A stretch of 64,000 nt of DNA from Mobula hypostoma (taxonomy: Eukaryota): NCBI RefSeq assembly GCF_963921235.1, contig NC_086097.1, positions 193,070,001 through 193,134,000 on the forward strand. Reading direction: 5' to 3'. Numbering within the stretch: position 1 is the first letter of the stretch; each line of letters starts with the position of its first letter. Both the position numbers and the translations under genes were made by a program. The notes under the pieces were generated by a model. The model ran no database searches, was not told the origin of the DNA, and saw only the letters and a list, made by a program, of their open reading frames with translations. Of this stretch, positions 13,172-26,350 are shown in pieces.

Positions 13172-14487
13172 TTTTAAGCTTGTATATAGTTTCCCTCTGG
13201 GTCATTACGGTGCGATAGATCGCCTGCCTGTTCTAAAAGGGAATCTTCCCACAGTATAGCACCCTCGTGTGTTGGGAATTTCATTGAATGCACTTAGGTA
13301 GAAAACTGATAATGTTTTTGTTGGTGAAATCAAGAAGCTTGTACCTCATGCTGTGCCACACAATGTTTTCCTGCTAACCAGTTTATCTCTTATCTTTCTG
13401 AAAAACATAACATGTTATATTTTAAGAACAAGCTTCCCTGACTGGACCTTAGATAAAATGAAGTGGATGTACATTCCTCAGATTTCAATGAAACCAAATT
13501 AGTCATCTCTATAAGCAATGTAATTGTTTCTGTTATTGATGGATGTAGTCAAAACACCTGGCACTATATGCCTACTGCAGTAAATGCCAGTGATATCAGT
13601 CCCAGTCTTTAGACATACTGTATGGTTAGCTTGCAGACTTATGGCTAACTCAAATAAAATATGATGAAGTAAACCACAGTTTAAAAGCCTCAAAATGTAT
13701 TTTTAGTGTGTCATCCATCTCTGTTATTATCCATCTCAGGATAATAACAAAATTATGATCAAAATCACTTCTTTGTCCTAATCATTCATGTTAATAGAAT
13801 TCCACATATTTTTGCCAGGTACTGTAATTATTATGAAGCTGTAGTTATCTGTTTATCTCTTGTGATAATGTTTTAAATTGGCCCTGTATGAATAATCCTT
13901 TTGATACAACTGATAACAGCAAGTAATTATAAAACCTAGTTTATGGTACATCTCGTCTATGACTCTGGGATATTAGGTCACATTTATTATGCCTGATTAA
14001 TCTAATAAATAACAAGTTTATTTATAAAAAAAAATTCTGCATCTCTCTTTATATCAATTGGATTTAATGGATGTCATAACTGTAGAAAAGGTTGTGACTT
14101 ACAAAATCCACTAAAGGTCAAAACAGGCAGTAATGCTTAGATTATATCCGCCAAGGGAATCCCATTGTGAGATAGCAAGCCTACAGCTTGGTGGTAGATA
14201 TTAATATTTATCTCTTGGTTTATTTAAATTGCTAAGCTTCTGAAAACATTTCGCAAAATTTCTTTAAAAAGTTTAGCAATTATAAGTAAAACGTAGATTT
14301 GTTGGATTCCTAGTCACACTCTAGTATTACTGAAGTTATCGTTACAAGATGAGACAACTTGTTTATCTGAACGCATATATGCACCAGATTCACGTACTAA
14401 ACAAATAGCAGAATAGATTAAGGGAATTGAATACGGTCATTTGCAAAAGTAAAGGATTGATGACTAGTTTGACACTGCTGCTGATCA

Positions 14488-15315
14488 ATGTTTCAATAGC
14501 TGTATTTAATGTCAGAGAAATTTATACAATATACATCCTGAAATTCTTTTCCTTTGCAAACATCCACGAAAATAGAGGAGTTCCCCAAAGAATGAATAAC
14601 ACTTAAAATATTAGAACCTGAAAGCCCCCCAATGCCCCTCCCACGTACAATCAGCAGCAAAGCAACGACCCACCCCCACCTTCACCAGCAAAAAAGCATC
14701 AGCACCCTCCACTGAGCACTCAAGCATGCAGCAAAGCATCAATAAAGACACAGACTTGCAGTAAACTACTCATTCGCCCGATAATTTGACATACCACAGG
14801 CTCTCCCTCTCCCTAATAAGCGAAAAAGAGCTGTCCCTGTTTCACAGCAAGAGGGAAGACAAACAACACACTGATTTATGACGTTAAAAGTCCATTGCGT
14901 CGCTTTTTCTGAGCTCTGCACCTGGAGAGTTGACACCAAAAAGGCGCAGTTCTCCAGACACACAACACCCGGCAGGTAACCTGATGCTCCAGATGTTCTG
15001 TGTTCTCCTGCAAGGTTTCAGTCAGAGGCACCGGCCTAGAATCAGCTCGTCCCCAGAGTCACGAAATCCCAGAACCCTGAAGTAGAGCTCATCTTCCAGT
15101 CCGCATCCTTGGGATATCAAAAAGCAGTGGTTGTGAGGCACTGAAAGCATGTCCCATTCCCACAAACAACCGAAATCAGACTGTAACTCTAGGTCAGGGT
15201 CTTCAAAAGATCCCCCCACACCCTGAAAAGGAAAAACAGCGATATCAAAGGTAGAAATAAAGCTGCTTCGGACAATGCAAGCAAAGGAGTTGCCAATTAG
15301 CGCCATTTAAACTTC
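14488..15315 (-). mobile_element. Probable non-autonomous LINE-related repeat
   Basis: Left end resembles the LINE tail-type sequence seen at 3420-3540 and 28440-28560. Right end has an ATGGCG-containing 5' motif on the minus strand. Confidence 0.4.
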
Positions 15316-15786
15316 GCCCCACCTTTAATGTTCCCATTAACTTGAAAATAGGCTTGTTTTTACCCTTGGTAAAAGTCAATTTTTCTTTTAAATTTCTTTT
15401 ACTGTTTAGTCTGCATCCTCATTTGTGTGGCTTCATTCTATTGCAAAAGAACTAAAGCAGAAGGCTTAAGGTTTAATCAAGAAAACATTCAAAACTTTCA
15501 AACCAACTCCAACACTCCCCATATTGAAACAGAAGTGGGACAAGTAGGATGCCAACCTCTCCTAGAGGATTCACCGACCATTTCAGTATTTCAATAAAGT
15601 TAGTTGGCTTTAATTCTATTTGTATTATAGGTCTAACAGTTCCCGGTAGTATCAGGAAGCTTTCCACCTTTGAAGACAATTCTCACACAGCACTCTTGGG
15701 GTGGCTATTAGGAGAAAGAGTACTCTTCCACTAAATACAACCAGTCCTACCCACAAAATGGGTTTGCAGACCCATTCTTCCCTCAC

Positions 15787-15896
15787 CATAGATTGGGAAT
15801 CCAATCAGGCCATCACATCCCCTTAACCTGCTGCAGGGCACTCTTTCCCATCTGGATTCCAAGCCTGACAGTTGAGCTGATTTTGGTGCACAGAAC
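15787..15896 (-). other. Putative exon of a minus-strand transcript
   Basis: Acceptor ttctttacag|G and donor ATG|gtgagg in non-repeat DNA. No recognisable protein. Confidence 0.3.
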
Positions 15897-16413
15897 CTGT
15901 AAAGAACTTTAAATAAAGTAGAGAAGTTGTCCTTGCAACAAATTTCTCTCAATTCTGTTTCGCTGTTCACTGTGAATATTGTTAGTCATATACTTCAAGT
16001 TCACATTCTGCATGATCCTCAGTTCCCTTGTTGTCTGATAATCTATCAATCGCTGTACCTGGCATCAAGTACAAAAGTCACCGATTTTTGATTGAAGATT
16101 CTATAACATATGGTGAAACAGGGATTTCCAGTTTCCTGTCTAAATTTTCACCCTCCTTCAGCAAACGTGTACAATAACATCTGGGTCATAAATTCCATTG
16201 ACAGTACACCACTCATATCACTTGTGAGTCAGCTATTTCCGTGAGCTAACAATAGTGAATCTAGCAGTTTACTTTGCTAAAACTCTGCATAAATCATCTC
16301 TACGTAATGCTTACTGGCGAATTACACTGCAATGACAAAATACAGTGTGAAAAAGTCTAGTAAATTAACTATGACATTTCTACCTCATGTGCCCCAGTAC
16401 CTGTTCTTCTGTC

Positions 16414-19400
16414 AAACATAGAATAGTACAGCACAGTACAGGCCCTTCGCCCCACAATGTTGTGCCGACCCTCAAACCCTGCTTCCCATATAACTCCCAC
16501 CTTGAATTCCTCCATATACCTGTCTAATAGTCTCTTAAACTTCACTAGTGTACCTGCCTCCACCACTGACTCAGGCAGTGCATTCCACGCACCAACCACT
16601 CTCTGAGTAAAAAACCTTTCTCTATTATCCCCCTTGAACTTCCCACCCATTAACTTAAAGCCATGTCCTCTTGTATTGAGCATTGGTGCCCTGGGGAAGA
16701 GATGCTGGCTATCCACTCTATCTATTCCTCTTATTATCTTGTACACCTCTATCATGTCTCCTCTCATCCTTCTTCTCTCCAAAGAGTAAGGCCCTAGCTC
16801 CCTTAATCTCTGATCATAATGCATACTCTCTAAACCAGGCAGCATCCTGGTAAATCTCCTCTGTACCCTTTCCAATGCTTCCACATCGTTCCGATAGTGA
16901 GGCAACCATAACTGGACACAATACTCCAAGTGTGGCCTAACCAGAGTTTTATAGAGCTGCATCATTACATCGCGACTCTTAAACTCTATCCCTCGACTTA
17001 TGAAAGCTAACACCCCATAAGCTTTCTTAACTACCCTATCCACCTGTGAGGCAACTTTCAGGAATCTGTGGACATGTACCCCCAGATCCCTCTGCTCCTC
17101 CACACTATCAACTATCCTGCCATTTACTTTGTACTCTGCCTTGGAGTTTGTCCTTCCAAAGTGTACAACCTCACACTTCTCCGGGTTGAACTCTATCTGC
17201 CACTTCTCAGCCCACTACTGCATCCTATCAATGTCTCTCTGCAATCTTCGACAATCCTCTACACTATCTACAACAGCACCAACCTTTGTGTCGTCTGCAA
17301 ACTTGCCAACCAACCCTTCTACCCCCACATCCATGTCGTTAATAAAAATCACGAAAAGTAGAGGTCCCAGAACGGATCCTTGTGGGACACCACTAGTCAC
17401 AATCCTCCAATCTGAATGTACTCCCTCCACCATCACCCTCTGCCTTCTGCAGGCAAGCCAATTCTGAATCCACCTGGCTAAACTTCCCTGGATGCCATGC
17501 CTTCTGACTTTCTGAATAAGCCTAACGTGTGGAACCTTGTCAAATGCCTTACTAAAATCTATATAGATCACATCCACTACACTACCCACATCTATATGCC
17601 TGGTCACCTCCTCAAAGAACTCTATCAGGCTTGGTAGACACGATCTGCCCTTCACAAAGCCATGTTGACTGTCCCTGATCAGACCATGATTCTCTAAATG
17701 CCCATAGATCCTATCTCGAAGAATCTTTTCCAACATCTTTCCCACCACATACATAAGGCTCACCGGTCTATAGTTACCCGGACTATCCCTACTACCTTTT
17801 TTGAACAAGGAGACAACATTCTCCAATCCTCCAGTACCATTCCCGTGGACAACTAGGACATAAAGATCCCAGCCAGAGGCTCAGCAATCTCTTCTCTTGC
17901 CTCGTGGAGCAGCCTGGGGAATACTCCATCAGGCCCCGGGGACTTATCCGTCCTAATGTATTTTAACAACTCCAACACCTCCTCTCCCTTAATATCAACA
18001 TGCTCCAGAACATCAACCTCACTCATATTGTCCTCATCATCATCAAGTTCCCTCTCATTGGTGAATACCGAAAAGAAATATTCATTGAGGACCTCGCTCA
18101 CTTCCACAGCCTCCAGGCACATCTTCCCACATTTATCTCTAATTGGTCCTACCTTCACTCCTGTCATCCTTTTTTTCTTCACAAAATTGAAGAATGCCTT
18201 GGGGTTTTCCTTTACCCTACTCGCCAAGGGCTTCTCATGCCCCCTTCTTGCTCTTCTCAGCCCCTTCTTAAGCTCCTTTCTTGCTTCCCTATATTCCTCA
18301 GTAGATCCATCTGATCCTTGTTTCCCAAACCTTATGTATGCTGCCTTCTTCCACCTGACTAGATTTTCCACCTCACTTGTCACCCATGGTTCCTTCACCC
18401 TACCATTCGTTATCTTCCTCACCGGGACAAATTTATCCCTAACATCCTGCAAAAGATCTCTAAACATCAACCACATGTCCATAGTACATTTCCCTGCAAA
18501 AACATCATCCCAATTCACACCCGTAAGTTCTAGCCTTATAGCCTCATAATTTGCCCTTCCCCAATTAAAATTTTTCCTGTCCTCTTTGATTCTATCCTTT
18601 TCCATGATAACGCTAAAGGCCAGGGAGCAGTGGTCACTATCCCCCAGATGCTCACCCACTGAGAGATCTGTGACCTGACCCAGTTCATTACCTAGTACTA
18701 GATCTAGAATGGCATTCCCCCTGGTCGGCCTGTCCACATACTGTGACGGGAATTCATCCTGGACACACTTAACAAACTCTGCCCCATCTACACCCTTGGA
18801 ATGAATCAGGTGCCAATCAATATTGGGGAAGTTAAAGTCACCCATGATAGCAACCCTGTTATTTTCGCACCTTTCCAAAATCTGCCTCCCAATCTGCTCC
18901 TATGTATCTCTGCTGCTACCAGGGGGCCTATAGAATACCCCCAATAGAGTAACTGCTCCCTTCCTGTTCCTGACTTCCACCCATACTGACTCAAAAGAGG
19001 ATCCTGCTACATTACCCACCCTCTCTTTAGCTGTAATAGTATCCCTGACCAGTAATGCCACCCCTCCTCCTCTTTTTCCGCCCTCTCTATCCCTTTTAAA
19101 GCACTGAAATCCAGGAATATTGAGAATCCATTCCTGCCCTGGTGCCAGCCAAGTCTCTGTAATGGCCACTACATCATAATTCCATGTATGTATCCAAGCT
19201 GTCAGTTCATTACCTTTGTTCCTGATGCTTCTTGCATTGAGGTACACACATTTCAGCCCTCCGACCTTACTGTCTTTACACCGTTTATTCTGCTTCTCTT
19301 TCCTCAAAGCCTCTCTATATGTTAGATCTGGCTTTACTCCATGCACTTCTTTCACTGCTCTATCGCTCTGGGTCCCATCCCCCTTGCAAATTAGTTTAAA

Positions 19401-19950
19401 CCCTCCCGAACCATGCTAGCAAACCTACCTGCAAGGATATCGCTCCCCCTTGGGTTCAGGTGCAACCCATCCAATCTGTACAGGTCCCACCTTCCCCAGA
19501 AGAGATCCCAATGATCCAAAGATCTAAAACCCTGCTCCCTGCACCAACTCCTCAGCCACGCATTCAACTGCCATCTCCTCCAATTCTTACCATCACTGTC
19601 ACATAGCACTGGCAGCAATCCTGAGAATGCCATCCTTGAGGTCCTGTTCTTCAGCCTTCTGCCTAGTTCCCGAAACTCACACTTCAGGACCTTATCCCTC
19701 TTCCTGCCTATGTCATTGGTCCCTACATGTATCACGACTTTTGGTTGCTTTCCTCTCGTACCAGGATGTTGTGCACCCAGTCAGAGACATCCCAGACCCT
19801 GGCACCCAGGAGGCAACAAACCATGTAGGTGTCCTTCTCACGTCCACAAAATCTCTTGTCTGCTCCCCTGACTATAGAGTCTCCAATGGCGACAGCTCTC
19901 CTCTTCTCCGTCCCACCCTTCTGCACCACAGGGTCAAACTCAGTGCCAAG
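16414..19950 (-). mobile_element. CR1 LINE, near full length (ORF1 esterase + ORF2 APE-RT), frameshifted
   Basis: GDSIVRG/HVGTND esterase motifs (19391-19950). APE motifs YLNARSI, ITETWL, YRPP, GDFN and SDH. RT motifs DFSKAFD, GVPQGSVLGP and FADD. CR1 3' UTR with TTCTATG tail. Confidence 0.95.
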
Positions 19951-19958
19951 AAGAACAC

Positions 19959-20245
19959 TTGCCAACTTTAACTTCAGTAACTCCAGAAGCATGGTGATAG
20001 TGAGTCATTATGCTTAAACCTATCATTATTTTCTTCCATTTACCAAGTATTATCTCTACAGGCAATAAAATGAAATCTCCATATCAATGTCATTGGGTCT
20101 CCACTGTCTCCCATGACATCAGTCAAATACTAGAGATCTTAACTTCAACTCAACCCTTCTCAATTATAAGAGCATGTGTTGATTAAGGTAGGAGCTTTCT
20201 TAAAACTGAAGAGACTAGATCTCCTGTGATTTTAAACTCACATGG
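19959..20245 (-). ncRNA. Candidate structured RNA element, copy 2 (two hairpins)
   Basis: Homologous to 5241-5520. Hairpins at 20073-20139 and 19974-20046. Lies just inside the putative intron that follows donor 20241. Confidence 0.4.
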
Positions 20246-20402
20246 GAAAAGCATGTATACAGGCAAAGAGACAACTGTTGCCACTGTTTTTTTTGGGGGG
20301 AAGCTCTCTAACTCCTCTGTTGCAGTAATGTGATATTGTATTTTGGTCACATACAGGATCCTGCTTTGGTGTACCTTTATCAGTCCTCTCTGATATGCTG
20401 TT
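20242..20402 (-). other. Putative exon (161 nt) of a minus-strand transcript
   Basis: Acceptor tgtatttttcaag|A and donor CAT|gtgagt. Two frames are open, neither recognisable. Confidence 0.35.
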
Positions 20403-20879
20403 CTTGAAAAATACACAATAAAATGTAGATGTTGGAACAATAAAATGTAGATGCTGGAAATCTGAAATAAAGACAGAAAATGCTGGAAACATTAGAAGGT
20501 ACAGCAGCACCTGTGAGAAGTTAACTTGTCAGGTCAATTACATTTTGACACAATCAATTGTACTGTACCACTTCTAAGTACAGAATAGGTGTGGCATCTT
20601 TCTGTTCTATTATGATAAAACTCTTGATTTTAAGTGTTTACCACCTGAAGGAACGTCATGGTTGTGTTCTGAAATCTATCAGAACTCAGTGGGATGAATA
20701 ACTTTCTTTCATATCATCAGGAAGTACAATTTTAATAGAAGTATTGTTCCTAAAGCAAGAACCTCCTCAGAAGATATCAGAAAGAGAACTGTGGAATAAA
20801 AAATAAAATGAACAAACCCAATGGCATTGGTTAATGCTTTCTCTATTTCTTTTGAACACAGAATACCTTGAATTGGTAT

Positions 20880-21192
20880 TCTTATGTTTTGATCTACACT
20901 CTGTGGCTATTTTCATCGTCTTTTGCTGCTGTAGCCCATCCCCGTCAAGGTTTGGCATGTGCATTCATAGATGCTCAACAGTTTCTGAGATACTCAAACC
21001 AACCCGTCTAGCACCAACATTCCACAGTCAAAGATCACATTTGTTCCCCATTCTGATGTTCAGTTTGAACAATAACTGAACATCTTGACCATGTCTGCAT
21101 GCTTTTATGCATTGAGTTGCTGCCACATGATTGGCTGATTAGATAATTACATTAATGAACAGGTGTACCTAATAAAGTGGCCACTGAGTGTA
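20880..21192. mobile_element. Tc1/mariner-type terminal fragment
   Basis: Ends CAGGTGTACCTAATAAAGTGGCCACTGAGTG followed by TA, a TIR style typical of fish Tc1-like elements. Partner end not found. Confidence 0.6.
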
Positions 21193-23379
21193 TGTATCAT
21201 AATGATATAATTGTTATCATGATGATATAATTGTTCTCACAATGATTCTTAATTGTAAAGTTTAATAATTGAACTCGAGTCTCTTTTTTGCATGAGTCAT
21301 GACATGCTAAAGCTTTCAAGTTACACCATTAATTCATATTCATGTTACATAGTCACACCTGTCAAATGTTAGAGTACTAAATAAATAGAAAATTCAAATT
21401 AAATGTACAAAAAATAATGCATTTGAAAGTCAGTGTGATACTCCGCAATGAGTAGTATGCATATTAAATGTAAATGTTTTCCTGTTTCCTTCCTTCTGTA
21501 GCTAAAAATGCAGTGCAATTTCAAATCATCTGTCATCACTTATTGGCTGTATTTTGTAGATACAATAGAAATAAAATAGTAACTTTGTTTACATTAATAG
21601 CATACATATGATTCAAAACTAAAATCGTTCTGTGATGGACATATTCTCTGTAATGAATGCAACTTATGTATTTATAGATGGGTACTCCTTGAAACTGTTT
21701 CTCTTCTGGAAGTAGGCATACAGCAAAGAAAGGCATGTCTTTTTGTAATTTTTTTGATTAATAAAGTACTTTGTTAGTTTAATATGCTGGCTATCCTCCA
21801 GCACCTTGCAGAGAGAAGGATATTAATTTGTAGTGTCAGAAGTGCCAGTTGATGAAAATATAATTGCAGTTTTGAAGCTCTCACTTATCAAAGGCTGGAT
21901 TGTTTGTATAATCTGGGAGTTTAGCCTGAGTTGAGCCACAATGAGATAAAGAGTTATCTTTAGAAATTGCAAGCAGGCATGCAACGCTGTGCAATTATCA
22001 AAAGCCTGCACAAAAATGTTTGACCTAAAAATGGAAATAGGCATTGTGAAGTGGAAAAGAACCACCAGAACAGAGAAAGTACAGCCAAGTGGTTTTGATA
22101 TTGCAAATATTATGGACATGAAAATACAAAGAAAATGCTTTGTGTATGTCAAATTTCTTATGACTCTGGATATTACTGAGCCAGTTCAATCCATGCCACC
22201 TTTTGAAGCATCACAGCAGTCCCATTTCTCTAATTATCTCCCTGTAATCTGTTCTTTCTTACAAGCCACCAACTCTCCCTACCCTAATTTCCCAGCCTCC
22301 TGTCTACATTATCCGGCAATATACTGTGACCACCAAACCTACCTGGTCACTGGGAAAATGTGCAACCTCTATATAGACAGCACCAAGGTGAGGATTAAAC
22401 CTTGACTGCTAAAGCTATGGGGTAGCAGCTCCTTACTGTTGCTCTACTGTAGCACTCTGTGAATATCAACAACTCAGGCAGGTATTTTTCATGGAAGTGC
22501 TTAGACATTAGGTTAACTACGATGGAATTTGTACTGTATGTCTGAAAAGTCGGAAGAATCCATTTTAGATTACACATTATCCTAATATTCAGAGGAATTA
22601 ACATCATGTTTTTAGTTGGCCAGTTGCCAATTTTAAGTATTCTCATGTTTGCTTTTCTCCAAAGTCAACAGATAATCATCAGCAAAAGGAAATCCTTAAG
22701 TGCTTAACTCGTCCCAAATTATTTTCTTCATCTTGGATTTGAAAAGGAACTGCTTATACTCCAGTTCTGAGGAGTGGAGTTGCCTGCAATTCAGCCATTG
22801 CACACAAACTGCTGAAAGATCTTGATAGAGTGAAGTGTTGCTTCATTGCTAAGGGATTCAAGATGACTGGAGATCAGGCCCTGCAATAGAAACTGAGGCC
22901 TAATTATGTCCACATAAACCACAGGCTTGATTGAGAAGTTTACTAATACGGATCCTGGAAACTTGAGACAATTAGTGAAGATGTGCACCATAAAGCTGCA
23001 AGTACATTACAACTACTAACCGTTTTGGTGGCAAATTCCGCTTTCCATCCTGCTTTGATGACAGAGACAATTGATAACATTTGGATGTTTCGCCCATCAT
23101 ACAGTGCCGGCATTGATAGATCAACTGATTATGGCAAAATTTCATATCCTCACAATATTTTCCCTGACAGTAATTCAAATATATTTTGCTTGCTTTCCCT
23201 TGAATGTTACCTTAAATCTGTGCCTTCCAGTTCCTAACAGTTCTGCAGCAGCAGGGAACTGGTTCTCATTTACTCAGTCTAAGTTCTTCATGATTTTCAA
23301 CACATCCATTAACAGTCCCTTTAATCTTTTCTGCTGTAAGAACCCTGACTCTTCAAGTCTATTTATATAATTGACAGCC

Positions 23380-23777
23380 CACATGATGACAAGTAGCTTT
23401 ACAGGAGTGAGATAGATCTGCTGGTGAGTGGTGTCACAACAACAACCTGGTACTCAACACTAGCAAGACCAATGAACTGCTTGTGGACTTCAGAAACAGG
23501 AACTCAAGAGAACACACACCAATACACATTGAGGGGTCAAAAGGGTGAGAAAGTTCAAGTTTCTTGGGGTTTACATCTCAGAGGGTCTATCCTGGGTTCA
23601 ACATATTGATCCAATCACAAAGAAGGCATGCCAGCTGCTCTAATTCATTAAGACTTTAAGGAGATTTGGTAGTCAGCAAAGACTTAGAACATTTTATTTT
23701 ATAGATGAATGGAGGACAGCATTCTGACTGGCTGCATCACTGGAAACCTGCAGGTGGATTGTCCTGAGGATGGAAGT

Positions 23778-23838
<61 letters not shown>

Positions 23839-24060
23839 CAGTTGGTTGGGAAGGGGTTTGTTTTACTGCTGTTGACTTGTTTTATTTTGTTGTTGTTGTT
23901 GTTGATGCTTCTGTTGTCCTGCTGAACATCGTAAGCATGTTCAGAATGTGTGGCAGCTCTTGTGGACTGCCCCATCACATCCTTGGGTGTGTTTGTTGTC
24001 AACACAAATGACATATTTCACAGTATGTTACAATGTACAGGTGATAATTAAATCTTAATT
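23380..24060 (+). mobile_element. Rex1/Babar-like LINE fragment, degenerate
   Basis: Similar to the 27380-27720 region (EWCHNNNL...VDFR, ESILTGCI). Confidence 0.6.
23780..23837. repeat. (GT)n / (GCGT)n microsatellite
   Basis: Directly visible. Confidence 0.95.
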
Positions 24061-25342
24061 TAAATGGAAGTGAATTTCAATGAGCAGCCAAATTTAACTT
24101 CACAGTCCCAGACTCAGAGGTCATCCACTGTGATTTAGGGTGTTCCTTGTACGTTTGTGAAGATTGTATCCAACCTGCTTCTACGTGGACAATTACACTA
24201 TGCAATTTGATCATTGGAAAGTTGCTGAGGAAGGCCCTGGCAATGACTTGCTCCATGACATAAAACAATTCTACAGTTAGTGCAACAGAATTTGCTTCCT
24301 TTTTTGAATTCTGTGGGAGAAAAGGTTACGGATTTGTTAACCAAAGGGATTCTGCAGATGATGGAAATCCAGAGCAACACACACAAAATGCCCATCAAGT
24401 CTGCTTCATCTTTCAATATGATCATCCCTGTTCTACAGTACTGAGCAAAAGTCTTAGCCACATATATAGCTAGGGTGCCTCAGACTTTTGCACAGCACTG
24501 TGGTAATTTTATGTATTGCACTGTACTGCTGCCACTAAAACAATTGTGACATGTGTGAGTGATAATAAACCTAATTCTGGTATGGGTCTCTATTGTGGAC
24601 TGACAGAAGGAAGGAGGAAGGAGGCAGGAGGCAGGGAATCATGGTTGGGAAAAGGGGAGAGAGCAGGAAGCACCAGTGAGACATTTTGCAGTGAATAATA
24701 AACTGGTTGTTTGGAATCAAATCACCTTGCCTGGTATCTCAGAACTAGATACGTCTGCATCCATTCCAACCCCTGCCCCTGCTCCTGGCACTCATTCTCT
24801 GCCATCTGACCCACACCAATCCCACAGCATTCCACCCCCATCATTCCCGATATCCTATGATCCCACCATATTTACAAGCTCTGTCTCCTCTCTACATTGA
24901 CAAATACAGCATTGATTCTCCCCTCAGTGTCTGTTCCTCATAGCCTTCAATTCTCTGATCTTCCAAAAAAAGGTCCACCTCATCGTTAAATAATCCCAAC
25001 AATCTAGCCTCCACAACCCTCTGCTGGAATCTGCATTCACATAAAAAAGTTCTTACTCACTTCAGTTTTAAATAACTAACCCTTTATCTCATAATAGAGT
25101 TAATTAAACATGATTAGTCCAACCACCACTGGTATTAGTCAACACGCAAGTGACACAGATATCCTTGCCAATGTAGACAATATGATCATAAGAAATAGAT
25201 AAAGGAATAGACTATTCAGACCTTCAAGCCTGAATATAATTTTCCTCATCCACTTTCCTGCCCACTCCTATAACCCTTGATCCCCTTACTGAATAAAAAT
25301 CTATCTACCTCAATGAATAAACTCTTCTCAGGTAGAGATATT

Positions 25343-26350
25343 AATTTTACCTGATGTTTCGATGACAAACTATGCCATTTTCATCAGGGATGATGCCTAG
25401 GCATGTGTAGTCTAGTCCCTCGTCGCCTGTCCCTCCTGGGGATATATACTGGGCTATATATACACACACTTCTTCTTCGGTCATCCATCGAAATCCGATG
25501 ATGACGTCCACTCCTTTAACGGTGAGATCTTTGATGACTATACAGTCCTATCCTGGACCCACAGCTCTATTGCAGATGGGACATTTATATGTGGTAGTGG
25601 TGGCAACCATGGCTACATTTCTTCTGGCTCTCTTCTGCTGTCTTCTGGTTGTTCTTTCCATCTCCAGAATACGAACCCCGTCCCTACACAGCTGTCGCCA
25701 CGTGGTACGGTCAGCAGCAACATCCTCCAGGTCCTCGGGTCTGATCTTGCACTTCCTTAAAGCATTCTTCATCTGATCCTTATAGCGCTTCTTCGGCCCT
25801 CCAGCTGAGCGTCGACCATGATGTAGCTGGCCGTATAACACTCAGCGGGTTAGCCGACATGGGGGCATCCTTATCACGTGCCCCAGCCACTGCAGCTGAC
25901 ACTGGGTGATCATGGCCTCAATACTTCTGTAGTTGGTCTTTACAAGTATTTCGTGTGAGGCACCCGCTCACACCAGGTAATTCCCAGGATGTGCTGGAGG
26001 CAGCTTATGTGGAAGCGCTCCAAGAACTTGATGTGATGGCTGTAGGTTATCCAAGCTTCACAGCTATAAAGGAGGGTGGTGACACAGACCGCTTGGTATA
26101 CGGCGACCTTTGTGGAGGGACGAAGGCTCCTGTTCTGAAAAACTCTACGCCAAAGTCTCCCAAAGGCAACTGATGCCTGTTACACACACACACACGCATA
26201 TATATATATATATCACTGCCTGGGCATTATCCCTGATGAACATGGCAGAGTCTGTCATTGAAACATCAGTTAAAATCGATACCTGTTCCCGGCTGGAAGC
26301 CCAAGAAGAGTTTATTCATCATATACGGGGGGAAAGTTCTAGGTCCTTTT
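25343..26350. mobile_element. Inverted pseudo-LTR pair of a second Penelope-like family, split by an RTE insertion
   Basis: About 25343-25403 is the reverse complement of about 26218-26276. Both contain CTGATGA-stem-GAAA. Confidence 0.6.
25468..26180 (-). mobile_element. RTE-clade LINE 3' fragment
   Basis: ORF 25548-25841 has LYGQLHHGRRSAGGPKKRYKD, DRTTWR and CPIC. Upstream QLQWLGHVIRM motif. (GAA)n tail. Confidence 0.8.

Noticed and set aside
17956..18549. Long ORFs antisense to CR1 (also 53256-53675)
   Set aside because: These are shadow frames of LINE ORF2.
23694..24014. ORFs with CV and HT repeats
   Set aside because: They are translations of a GT microsatellite.
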